Positions 26,653 to 39,824 of a DNA stretch of 64,000 nt are shown one piece after another. The position numbers were made by a program, and so were the translations under genes. Within the stretch, counting starts at the first letter, position 1. Each line of letters opens with the position of its first letter. The stretch covers positions 5,890,001 through 5,954,000 of the forward strand of contig CP075496.1 of assembly GCA_021613535.1 (NCBI GenBank). The letters run 5' to 3'. The notes below the pieces were generated by a model that worked only from the letters and a program-made list of their open reading frames with translations, was not told where the DNA came from and did no database searches. The stretch is from Adineta vaga. Taxonomy: Eukaryota > Animalia > Rotifera.

Positions 26653-26903
26653 CATATCTATTCGATCGCTGTATAATAGCCATCATGACGAAAACACAAA
26701 GATTTTCATGTAAGTAGTTTTTGTATACATTGAGAAGTCATTTTTTACACTTCATTCTTGTAGTTTATCTATGATTGTCACTATATCAACTGGACAGATG
26801 TAACCGAAGTCGATGGAAAAAAACATCGCTATCCGATGTTACCACTTAATGTAGGCATGTTGATATGAATTATTGCTTTTTTTCAAATTTATTCTATGCG
26901 TAC

Positions 26904-27545
26904 TAGATGATGGTAAAATTTGGTCGAACAAATCATCTCAGTCATCCTCTGTGTGAAACATTGCTTCGACAAAAATGGCTCTCTTACGGTTTCCCTATCT
27001 ATATGCTTAATCTCTGCTTTTATCTTCTCTTTCTCCTATCACTTTCTTACTTCGTCATTACCTTTCCTGCTTGTAATCATCACGATACTATCACTACTAC
27101 TACTACTATCCCAGCCGAACCTTCATCTCCTTATGCATGTCCAAACAGGAATTTCATTTCATTCAAACAATCAGCAACATTACCACAAATCGTCTGTATT
27201 TGGTACATTATTTCATATTGTTTTCTAAACTTCATTCTCGAGACTATTCAACTGGTGCAAGATGGATGGGATTATTTTAGTGATATGGAAAATTACATTC
27301 AATGGTCATTATATATCAGTACATGTTTATTTGCACTTCCATTTTTGTTTGATCAATCATGGCACTATCAGTGGGTCGCTGGTGCGATTGGTATCTTTAG
27401 TGCCTATTTGGGTTTACTGTTTCTTCTTGGTCGATTCGGCATGTGTGGAATCTATGTGATAATGTTTTTGGAGATATTCAAAACCTTGCTGCATGTGTTA
27501 TCACTATTTTCTATCTTAATAATTGGATTTGCATTAACGTTTTGC
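26904..27545 (+). repeat. Near-identical direct repeat of 33363-34004 (TRPA1 homogenised tract 2, S1-S5 exon)
   Basis: Very few substitutions, even at synonymous sites; the flanking introns do not align. Confidence 0.9.
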
Positions 27546-27605
27546 ATTATACGACCATTCAGTGAAGCAAGTATTGATGTCGTAGCGAGGTCAGAAAGAT
27601 TGATA

Positions 27606-27788
27606 CTGTAGTGTGACATAAATAAGATCGATGGTTAGCGTTAAGCTCATGGATGGCATTATTCCAAGAGAAAAATGTATTCCTTCACACTTATTCAACG
27701 ACCGAAAGTGTTTTTCGTTTGTTGCACAGACCCGCGAAAGATCTTCACCAGTTGACTACTTTAAAGTTTTATTTAGTCAGACAAACAG
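27606..27788. mobile_element. Degenerate MITE-like insertion in a TRPA1 copy 1 intron
   Basis: Left end ctgtagtgtgacataaataa resembles the reverse complement of the right end (ctgtttgtctgactaaataa). Flanked by TA and TG, a possible decayed TA target duplication. Confidence 0.5.
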
Positions 27789-29762
27789 TGGAATCAGTTC
27801 ATTTTACTAGGTCATATATAGAAAAGTAAATGTGTCTCTTCCTAGACATGTTTGCCTTTTTGTCACTTGTAAAGAATTCTTGTTTGATTTTTCCTAGTAC
27901 TTGAATCCATCAAATCCTCAACATCTATTTATGATTATATTAAAGTCGGTTACTATGATGTTAGGTGAATTAGATTATGATCAAAGCTACATGAATACGA
28001 TGGATGAACAACATTTTTCATGGATCAATCTAATCATGCTTCTTCTATTTGCTATTATGATGCCCATTCTTCTAATGAACTTACTTGTTGGTTTAGCGAT
28101 TGGTGATCTTATGCAAATTCAACAAAACGCACGTTTGAAACGTTTGGCTATGCAGGTTTGCTGTTGTTATTGTTTTGTAAAACATTATCTAATGTATTAT
28201 GTATTATTCGGTACATAGGTTCATCTTCATACGAATCTTGAGAAAAAATTACCGAATAAATTAATTGAACGTTGGACAAAAAATGAACTTATTATTTATG
28301 TTAATAAAGGTGTTTGTAATCGTGCCACAGCAGTAATAAAACGGGTAAATGAATTTTGTATACAGAATAAAATGACTAAGAAACAATTCTTTTAGTGGAT
28401 TGCTGAACCAATAAATACGAATGATATATTAGATACAAATGATGAATATACACAGGAAAAGGAATTATTTGTTGAAATATATAAACAAAAAGCACGGTAT
28501 TATTGTTCTCTTTACTTTCTGTAACAGTTTATTGTTTGGTATATTCGTAGACAAAAAGACATACAACGTCAATTGGATAAACTCACTGATTTAATTAGAT
28601 TAGTAGCACAGAAAATGGAAATTATCACAGAAATTGAAATTGATGATAGATCAAAATGTGATCATCCAGAAAAATGTACAAACATTCAAAAACTTCGACA
28701 AACAATCAATGCTGCAAATCGATTTTCAAGACTTTGCTTGCCTATAAATGATAACATTTCATCTCAGTTTAGAGAAAATAATTAGGCATTTCATTTTTTG
28801 TGTATATGAATATTATTAATCAAATTATGTTGTAGTTTTCGAGACAAGCATACACCGATTATTTTCAATTTCTTACTTGACTTTTAGCGTATGTCAGAGT
28901 TTTAATAGAATCACACTACATGTGATAAGTGTGTTGAGTTCCGTTGTGCAGATGCACGAAGAATGTTTAAGATTTCCATAGTGTGATGATAGTAATGAAA
29001 TGAAAAAAAAACTTCAGAAAAAATAGAAAACAAATACAAAAAGAAGGTATATATACTTATAGAATATTTTCAAAAAAGTCAATTTTTGAACATTGTCTAC
29101 TTCAAATCAGTTTTCATGCAGTTAGCAAATAGACTATGCATATGATATGCACTTTTTTTGAGTGCTATTCATATAATTTCGAGTGTGAATGCGTGATATC
29201 CCAATTCTCTACCATAATATTGAATAATAATCAAGATGAGATATTATTCTTATTATGTTGTCATTTGAGAATTGAAGAAACTAAACAATATTACTGGTGC
29301 CTGACTTTCATTTGAAAATGATCTAAGTCAAATTCTTTACATAGTTTCGGATCACAATGGTTCGATGCTATTTCTACTGTTTTAGAAGAACTTAAGCCTA
29401 ACGCTATGTAAACAGAAGACATCCTAAACTTCAATATTTTAAAAATACTCAAAACAAAGACAAACACCATCTTTTAAATAGAAAATAAAATAAAATAACG
29501 ATCAAATTATTGTATGACTCAATGCATCTTTTCACACAATTTTTGTCAATGAAAGAAAAATATGACACTCGTCTAACGTCGTTTTTCTGCTATTTCCCAT
29601 GATGCACAAATGCTATTCAATGGATAAAAATAAAAACAATAAAATTATTATTAATATATTACTTTTTTATTGTCATATTTTTATTATAGTGATATAATAG
29701 TTTAATAGACAAACAAAATAATGATTACTACATTTTTGCATTTGTCTCGAAGTTGAATAGAC

Positions 29763-32700
29763 ATGCGTTCGGCAAGTATTGATGCTAGGTAAGTAAAGTG
29801 AATTATAGGAAAATGAAATAGTTACATGATTTTCTTTTCTTTCAAATAAGAATTGAAAAATCTTCGGAAAATTTGAATACCATTCCACATTCTCATGAAG
29901 AATTACCGGCAAAATTTCGACATTTATTTAAACGTCTACCAAAGAATAAGCTTTTGAAGTTCACAAAACAAATACCACAACTTCAGCCACCATTAAACAA
30001 AACCAATGAAAGTGCTGAGACAGCAACGGCAGCAGTAAATGGCGAAGCTTCACATAACATATGTTTAGTCTCTGATAGTCCACATTATGTTGTTCGAGTA
30101 AGATTTATATATTTTGATATCTCATCATCTTGAAATCGGTAAGATGGCAAAACATCAAAGAGCAAAATGTCGACAGAAGAAGATCAAAAAAATAACATCG
30201 AATAATGAGGATGTCATTTTGGTAAAAATTTGAAAATCGAAAACATCGAAGATATTTTTCCCTCGCGTTTTAGTGATTGAATTGTTTCTGAGGTGAAAAG
30301 AAATCTATATTCAGACACAAATCTGTTCAGATAAAAAGAATGCCGCTTTCTATTGAGCCGGTACCATGCGAGTTCGAATTCATAAATTTTGAACTCAATC
30401 ACCTCAAAAATTCGAAGATAATGTTGCATTACAACAAATTAGCTAAATTTCGACTTGCTCTTTGATTTTTTGATTTTTTTGACGTTATTTTTTGTGAAAT
30501 TTTGTCTGTCGATATTTTTCTTTTCACTATTGTGAATTTGAATGTTTTGCCATGGATTCTTAATTTCTATATCATAGATTGCTGGCACAGGAAATGTACA
30601 AGAATTTGAAAAATATATCTCTGAAGATCCATCAAAATTAACTGTTTTTAATCCCACTGGCCTTTGTGCAGCGCATAATGCTGCTGCACGTAATAAAGTG
30701 GCAATTTTAACATTAATCGTACAATATCATGGTGGTACGACTACGAATTATATAAATATATTCTACATAACGATTGAGATTGTTTAGATTTGAATATTGA
30801 AGATAAGAATGGTTGGACACCGTTACATCATGCTGTACGAAACAATGCATTGGCTGCTGTTGAATTTCTTTTGGAACATTTAGTTGATGATGTTCGATTG
30901 AATCGACAAAACGAAGCGGCGATTCATTTAGGTGTTATACACAATCAATTGAATGCTCTCAAAGTATGTTGATTGGTTTCCAATGGATTCTTCACTAAGA
31001 AAAGAGCTCTATTAGTGAAATAAAGAGTGAAACTATGATCGAGATATTTTGGACATTCATTGATAAAGATAAAATTAGATTCATGCAGATGATGTCTCAT
31101 CATGGCTTATTTTCTTTTTTCTCTAGCTTCTTATCTCCAAAAGACCTCATCTAGTTGATCTACCTGGTGAAAGGGAGAAGACACCACTTCACTATGCAGC
31201 ACTAATTGATAATGTTGATGCAGCTAAGATTCTAGTAAGTTTGTATGAATTTTATTTTCATCTGATGCGACATCTGAATATGTGCACATTCTTACTACAA
31301 TATTAGACTGACAATCATGCCAATATCTACATCAAGAGTGGAGTAGGTAGTTATCCCATTCATGTAGCTGCATTGAATAGCAGCAATCGTGTTTTTAATC
31401 ATCTGTTTGAAACTGGTAAATGATATTAACTACTGAATGTTCTTCTAGCTTCATTTTTATCCTAGCCAAATTAACCGAAAATGGCACGATGGAACTGTTA
31501 AATATTTGTGATGCTGAAAATCATCGACCATTGCATTCATCTGTTATTGGTATGTTTCAACTATACAATGGCTGAATAATCTTTGTTCTTTTTTTATTCT
31601 ACATGTAGGAGGTAATATTGAAGCTGTGGAGATTTGTTTAAAAAATGGTGGTTCAATTGATAATCAACAAGATGATCTATCTACACCAGTTCATCTCGCT
31701 GCATCACAAGGTTCCATTGAACTCACCAAGTTAATGTTTGGCTGTCAACCGGAACTCGTGCCAAAAGTCATTCGAATGACGGATGTTCAAGGCATGACAC
31801 CAATACATAAGTATGTATCAGGCCACCTTACGCCATTTTCTTTTAGCAACAAATCTTCTTTGTAGAGCGGCTATGGGTGATCATGTTGATGTCATGGAAT
31901 ATCTTATCGAATCAGTAAGATCATTACTGACATCTCAAATAATACTAATATGCTTTTTCTTCAACAGGGATCTGATATAGATGCTCGAGACAGTTCGAAA
32001 CGAACTCCACTCATTCTTGCTGCTCTCAACTCTTCCGTTCAAGCTGTTTGTTATCTTCTATCAAAAAGTGCATCCTTATCATTTAGAGATGATGCCGATC
32101 GAAATCTTCTTCATGTCACCATCATGCAAAATCTACCCATCGACACCATCGGTAATGCTCTCTTCAAGCGAGACAACTTTCGCATCTTGTTCGATCAACG
32201 CGATATTGATGGATATTATCCTATTCATTATGCATCACGTGATGGACTTGTCAATGTTCTAACAACACTCATCAAACATGGTGCTGAGATCAACAAGAAA
32301 ACTAATCAACGACAATCATCACTACACTTTGCTGCACAGTAAGTCACACAACTGTGTGCTCATTGTCAACGAATGTGAAAGAATCGTTGTTGTTCTTGAT
32401 TCTAGATATGGAAGATATAACACTTGCCGGCAACTGTTGGATACGTCAGGTTTCAAACGCATTCTCAACGAACCTGATCAACTTGGTCAAACGCCACTTC
32501 ATCTTTGTTGTCAAAATGGTCACACACGAGTTGTGCAACTCTTGCTACACAAAGGTGCACAGTTCACGAAAACTTTCGATGGTGACACACCGTTACATGA
32601 TGCAGCATCGAATGGACATGTTTCAACGATGCATACTATCATTCAAGCACAGGCTCATCTGATCAATTCAGTCAATCGTCTTGGAATGACACCATTACAT

Positions 32701-35146
32701 TGTGCAGCTGCAGCTGGTCATGTTGAATGTATTGACTTGTTATTGTCGAAATCAGCAGAGTTTATAACAAACGTAGATGGTGAAACATTCTTTGATTTAG
32801 CAATAATGAAGAAACAGAAAGATGTGTGTCTTGCCATCATTGGTCATAAACGGTAAATGAGGGTGTGATGTTGAGGGTAATGATTGTAGATGAATTTGTT
32901 TGATCGTTATTAGATGGAAAGAAGCGTTGGATTTGACAAGTGTGAAATATCGAACACCACTACTTGGTCTTATTGAACATCTACCAGAATGTGTACCCAT
33001 CTTATCTGATCGGTGTATTACACATAGCCATCATGATAAAAAACACAAAGAATTTCATGTAAGTAATGTCTTCAATACCCACTAGATATTATATCGCTTT
33101 ATATTTAATATTTTAGTTTGTTTACGACTTTCGTTATATCAACTGGACAGATGTAACTGAACTCGATGGAAAAGAATATCGTAACCCTATGCTACCGCTG
33201 AATGTGAGTATTAATAGAAGATTCTATGACTTATTTGAGATGACTGGAAGAGTTTGTCAATATCAGTAGCTACTATAAAAATTTTAAAATCTTACACTGT
33301 GAAACATGTCGTCGAAATATATTGTTCTTCGAAATATCCTAAACGATTTACTTCTTGAACAATAGATGATGGTAAAATTTGGTCGAACAAATCATCTCAG
33401 TCATCCTCTGTGTGAAACATTGCTTCGACAAAAATGGCTCTCTTACGGTTTCCCTATATATATGCTTAATCTCTGCTTTTATCTTCTCTTTCTCCTATCA
33501 CTTTCTTACTTCGTCATTACCTTTCCTGCTTGTAATCATCACGATACTATCACTACTACTACTTCTATCTCAGCCGTACCTGCATCTCCTTATGCATGTC
33601 CAAACAGGAATTTCATTTCATTCAAACAATCAGCAACACTACCACAAATCTTCTGTATTTGGTACATTATTTTGTATTGTTTTCTAAACTTCATTCTCGA
33701 GACTATTCAACTGGTGCAAGATGGATGGGATTATTTTAGTGATATGGAAAATTACATTCAATGGTCATTATATATCAGTACATGTTCATTTGCACTTCCA
33801 TTTTTGTTTGATCAATCATGGCACTATCAATGGGTCGCTGGTGCGATTGGTATCTTTAATGCTTATTTGGGTTTGTTGTTCCTTCTTGGTCGATTCGATA
33901 TCTATGGAATCTATGTGATAATGTTTTTGGAGATATTCAAAACCTTGCTGCATGTGTTATCACTATTTTCCATCTTAATAATCGGGTTTGCATTAACATT
34001 TTGTGTTATTCGACCATTTAACCAGGTAAAAATAGTAACGCAAAATAATGATATAGATTTAGTTTAGATTTCTGATTATCATTAACGTCTGTAGTCACTC
34101 ACAAATATGAGTTTTGTTCTTTCGTACTCTCGAAAAAATCATCAGCGAAAAATATTTTATGGGAGTTAGTATAATTTTACAAAACAGTAGTTATGCATCT
34201 TTTTCTCGTATCTATGTAAAATCAACCATTAATGTTTAATCAGATTATATAAAAGATAGAAATGTAACAAGTAATTATTATTGCAGGGTCTCAATCCAGC
34301 AAATCCTTCACATCTATTTATGATTATACTGAAATCAATTGCTATGATGTTGGGTGAACTTGATTATGATCGTACTTATGTCGAAGCTGCTGATGAGCAA
34401 CATTTTAAATCTACGAATTTAATTATGCTCTTATTATTTACTATTATCATGCCTATTCTTCTCATGAATTTACTTGTTGGTTTAGCCATTGGTGATTTAA
34501 TGCAAATTCAACAGAATGCACGTTTGAAACGTCTTGCTATGCAGGTAATCATTATTCTATACTAATCCTGTCTGCTTTATATCTTGTAACCATGGATGCA
34601 TATATTCACAGGTACAATATCATACTAATTTGGAAAGAAAAATTCCATATAAATTAATCAAACGTTGGACGAAAGATGAATTCAAAATTTTTCTAAACAA
34701 ACGAATCTATCGCAATATCTCATCTTTATTTAAACACGTTAGTTGATCGAGAAAAACGAATCCTATCGATTTTATATATATATATTCATTTCTATTTAGT
34801 GGATTGCCAGACCTTTGAATACAAAAGATGTACTAGATGCAAAGGAAGAATATGAAAATGAGAATGCTTTGTTAGCAGAAATGTATAAACAAAAACAACG
34901 GTAAACTTATACTCATTTTCTCGTCTTGATTTTAAACTTAAATATTTGCTTGTTTGTAGACAAAAAGGTATTCAACGTCAAATTGAAAAGGTGACTGATT
35001 TAATTCGATTAATTGTTCAAAAATTGGAAATTCCTGCTGAAATCGAAGTTGATGATGCATCAAAAAGCGATAAAAGTTCAGGTGCAATGAAACTTCAAAA
35101 ATTTCATCATGCTTTTAGTTTAACACGTCGATCAGTTCGTTCATAA
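29763..35146 (+). CDS. TRPA1: TRPA1 channel copy 2, apparently intact
   Basis: Start MRSASIDAR; about 19 phase-consistent exons; ankyrin repeats (GWTPLHHA, GQTPLHLC, GMTPLHCA), HPLCETLLRQKW, pore MMLGELDY, C-terminal coiled coil. Confidence 0.92.
30144..30553. mobile_element. MITE-like inverted-repeat element in TRPA1 copy 2 intron 2
   Basis: Perfect 12-bp terminal inverted repeat ATGGCAAAACAT...ATGTTTTGCCAT plus imperfect subterminal inverted repeats. This intron is ~480 bp; the homologous intron in copy 1 is ~50 bp. Confidence 0.6.
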
Positions 35147-36549
35147 TCGTCTATGTCTACAGTTAATATCATTTATACATGCGTATAATGAAAAATAGAT
35201 GTTACTATCATTGATAAAATGAATTAATCGATATAAAAAAGAAAAGTAAGAAATGATATTTTAATGGTATTATCAATGATAAATGTCTACTTGACAATTA
35301 TCTTCATTCCAATATGAAAACAAAGTACATTAATGTTGTTTGTCTATTCATGGTTTTTCTTTTCTATCAAATAAATTTATCTCGTATTTCAATTTACAAC
35401 ACGACATTAACCCATAATTAGCGTTAATCCATCATCATCATTTTCATCTTCTTTCTTTGCTATCAAATCGATATTCAACATTCTTAAGACACTGTATTAT
35501 ATCATTATATGCAGTAGTCACTACTTTTTTGCATTAGTAAAAGAGGAGATAGGAGAGTGTTTGAAAGTAAAGAAGAAGAAAAACGCAGCTTTTGATGATG
35601 ATGATCATCATCATTTTCGTTAATAAGATTTGTCCATGAAATGTGAGCGATGAAAGGCTGAGCATACATATACAGAGTGACTTAATGAATGTGTAATATA
35701 TACGCAATGTGTAGGTGAGACAGTTGTATATGCATGAGTATATACATATACATATATACGTATTTATAAAAGACGATAAAGAGAAGTGACAGTTGTAATG
35801 TGTCAACTCGTTTATCAAGACATTAGACGAAGTTTGCAACTGAGTTAATCGAGAAAAGAAAGAACAGTAAATAGTGTGGAAGAATTCAAATATGTATACA
35901 ATCATTATGTAATTATATGATAAATGTTGGGGGCAAAAGATATGAGATATGATTATGTTTTGTTTTGCATAATTATGATTAGTTCTTACTGATAAAATGA
36001 CATTACTCCACCCTATTAGAAAAAAAAATGATTGATAATGATACCAATTGTTCATTTTTTTTCCTTATTATTAATGGAAAGATTTTCTTTCAATAAAAAA
36101 GTAAAGAAATGAAATAATTAAGAAAAGGTTCGAATCATTTATACTTGTATTAGTGAGAAATGATCTGTTATAATGTATTATATTATATGTATGTATGTAT
36201 AGAATGACTTCATCACATCATATGCTTGCTTGTTGATTCATCGTCACATACGATCGTATTAAGTCGATGAAAAAAAGAATATCGAATGTAAACGAGCGAG
36301 AAAGAAATGTATTAGATTGTATTTCTATTTCTCTCGTTTTTTCTTTCTTTCTCTCTTTCCTCTACAACCAATCGTGTGTGAAAAGGGCAAATAATTTTAT
36401 TCTCTGCGACCATCATCGTCATTTTCATTGGTGTTATAGAACCAACAGAATATATATATATATATCCACATAGTCGGTGAATAACAAATCGTACGCATCA
36501 TAATTATATCGACACAATTATCCACTACACAGAATACAGAGACAAACAG

Positions 36550-37179
36550 ATGGTGACCAAGACTAAAAAAGATTTTAGTGTCGCATTTCTTTTACGAGAT
36601 AATAATAATAATGATTGTGATTATACATATCATTCAAATGGAAGTAGTCCTTCAAAATCTTCATGTTCACCACCCCATTGTCATACAATGCCTCTCATTA
36701 ATAATCTTAATAATAGTACATCATCAACAACAACTTCCAATTCATTTTGGTTATCCGGTAAGTTCAGTAAAATTCTTATTATTCAAAGGAATTTGTTGTT
36801 TCAATAAATAGAGCATCTTGATACAAAAATTTGTCCACTACGTAAACATAAGAATGGTCGAAAACCTCGCACACCATTTAGTACCACACAATTACTTGCA
36901 TTAGAAAAGAAATTTCATGAACGACATTATCTATCGATATCTGAACGAGCAGAATTTTCAGCATCCTTAAATTTAACTGAAACACAAGTGAAGGTATGTT
37001 TCTCCATACATAAATAAAACAGCGACAAACGAATGAATATTTAGATTTGGTTTCAAAATCGTCGAGCAAAAGAAAAACGTTTATCTGAAGCTGAATTAGA
37101 AAAATATCGTTTCATTCAAATTAAAGAACAATTAGCTAAACAATTTGAAATGTCATCAACATATTTTTCTTTTCCATAA
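36550..37179 (+). CDS. Msx: Msx homeobox protein, copy a (exons 36550-36757, 36812-36993, 37045-37179)
   Basis: eh1-like DFSVAFLL; [74 protein letters not shown]. Confidence 0.95.
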
Positions 37180-39247
37180 AATTCTATAAAAAGAAATTTC
37201 TTCTTCTTCTTCTTCTTCTTCTTCTTTTGTTTTATTTTGTAAAACTAGTCTTCTTTGTGTCCAGGATCATTTCATTTTTTTTTCTTTTCTATGTATATAC
37301 ATAGTATATAATGTCTATTTATTAACGATTAAAAGTTCTTAGTTTGGAAATAAACGCGTTCGTTAATAGTCGATTAGCCTCATCAAGCGAATGGCAATTG
37401 ACTCGTTGTGTCACGTCTCAACCATTCAATGTTTATATATATATACATATATAAAAAGAAGGACGATTATCGTATTAGAACAAACTAATGAGATAGTTGG
37501 GTGTCGTTTGTTCTAAACAGAAATAACATAGGAGAATACCAGATTCATACAACTTTATGTTGAAACAATTGTCTGCTTAATCGATATTGTCTGGAAAAAA
37601 TAACGAGAAAAATTTCTTCTCTGAATGACATTCGAAAATCGTGTTATATTCAAATAAATTTAAAATCAATTCTCGAAAAAATAAATAAGATTACATCGAC
37701 AAAATCTATTCGTTCAATTTCTCATTAAATTATACACTTCAAAATTTCGAATCTTTGTCTATTTGGTATAAATAGAATTCATATGTACATCTCTTTCATT
37801 TCATCTCTTGTATATCTATCTATTGACTATGAAATTAATGACTAAATCTTTTCTCTAATTGATTCATCAAAATATGGTTTGTTAAAGACGATCGAAAGTA
37901 TATATTTTACTTAATTGTCTTTGTCTTTCTCATTTATCATATCTCATAGACAATAAAGATATGACCATTAATTTTTCTGCATTATATTGTTGTCACGCAT
38001 ATTTTGAAACTATTAAGTCAATTGCAAGTAGCTTGCATGTTTTAAATGTCAAAAAATTCATCGATTCGAGTGAATAAATATTCAATTGACATGTGCATTA
38101 TCTGACAGTGACTCTCTATGAATAATAATAATAGTAGGAATACATTTAAACAAACGAAATTTACATTTTTGCCTTATATTATGAAGAAATAATCTTTATC
38201 AATTGAAAGATTATGAAGTGCAAAAAACAATGATGATTTGATTAGAAATGAACCATAGGCGATGAAATCTTTTCCAAATCATTGATTTCAAAGCTCAGAA
38301 AAATTTGATCAATGAATATATAGAACAACCATTTGACATTTGATTGACGTCAAATAAAATAAAAATTGATTCTTTTTTTTTGCGTATCATCTTTTCATAC
38401 TAATCGAACTAATTAAACTCATCTGTATTTTTTTGATGATTGCGCGAATTGTGTATATATCTGTATTTGTTAAAAGAGACCGATATCCGTTTGTGTTTTT
38501 TTTCTCTTTTTATAAGGGCATCTGTACTCGGAGAATAGTATTATGATGGATCTAGATCGTTTTCATCAAACGAGTCGCTTCCGTTAAGAGAATTTCTCGT
38601 ATAGATCAACCAATCAATCATATTAATGATCTATTCTTGTTTTAGTAATCATTTAATTCACTGAGAAAAGAAAAGCAGCAACATGAAATCAAAGGTGAAT
38701 TTGTCATTTTACCTGGTTAGTTTACCTGTCCAGATAAAAATTATTGAGATCTGCTAATATATACGATTAATGATCATTTGATATGTCAATTTTTTTTATT
38801 TCGATTGATAATCACTATTTATTTCTGCGACCTTCATCAATAAAAGAAAAGTGGATATACAAGTAGAATGATTATAAAGTGTTTTTCTTTTTCGAGGTTA
38901 CCATAAAAAAAAGGCAATTTCCTTTTGAGAGAAAAAGAAAAATCCATATTTCCGTCTCAGGGATAAGCTTCTAATTCCGTTCTCTTCTCAATCGATCAGA
39001 AAGAGAACGAGAAAGAGAGAAAAAAATTGGCGATAAACATCTTTTCTCTCATTCTCTCTTGCCTTCTTTCCTTTTATTCGTCCAATAACTGATTTTCTTC
39101 GTTTTAGTTCAATGCTCAGACCAATCATTTTCCTTTCTTCTCTACTAGACGATTGAAACGAGAGAGAGAGAGAGAGCGCGCGCGCGAAAAAAACGATCGA
39201 CGCAAATTTGACTTCACAAATTATATCTTCTCCATTACGATTCAACG

Positions 39248-39824
39248 ATGGAATCACAATTGAAAAAAAGTAAATGTCCCACAGATTTTAGTATTCGTTC
39301 ATTAATTGATTCGACAAGTAATGAAAGTTATCAATATTCTCCAACATCATCATCTGGTGGAAATAGTATTATAACAAGATTATCTTGGTTACCGGATGCA
39401 GATATTATTGATAAAGCACGTAATAATGAACTGCCAAAAATTAATGCCAAAATCTGTTCGCTACGTAAACATAAACAGAATCGAAAACCACGTACACCAT
39501 TTACAACATCACAACTATTGGCATTGGAAAAGAAATTTCGTGATAAACAATACTTAACGATTACTGAACGAGCAGAATTCTCTGCATCATTAGATTTAAC
39601 TGAAACTCAAGTGAAAGTATGTTTCTCCATAAATAAAGAAAAATTAAAGTGACAAACAAATGAATATTTAGATTTGGTTTCAAAATCGTCGAGCAAAAGA
39701 AAAACGTATATCCGAAGCTGATGCTGAAAAATATCGTTTTATTCAAATCAAACAATATGCTGATGCATTTCGCCATCAATCTTTGTACAATTTTATTTCG
39801 CCATCAACAACAACATGTTCCTGA
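39248..39824 (+). CDS. Msx: Msx homeobox protein, copy b (exons 39248-39616, 39672-39824)
   Basis: eh1-like DFSIRSLI; [66 protein letters not shown]. Confidence 0.95.

Larger units (their letters stand above)
23924..28785 (+). pseudogene. TRPA1: TRPA1 channel copy 1, with two frame-disrupting deletions in this sequence (pseudogene or assembly error)
   Basis: Ankyrin repeat array, six-TM region, pore MMLGELDY, LMNLLVGLAIGD and NARLKRLAMQV. Compared with copy 2 it lacks 2 nt at ~24427 and 5 nt at ~26675-26695. Confidence 0.8.

Noticed and set aside
25637-33918. Duplicated overlapping alternative-frame ORFs in both TRPA1 copies
   Set aside because: Their conservation follows from near-identity of the underlying DNA, not from dual coding.
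35534-36055. 173-aa minus-strand ORF upstream of Msx
   Set aside because: Low-complexity I/Y/F/C composition typical of AT-rich non-coding DNA; no recognisable motif.
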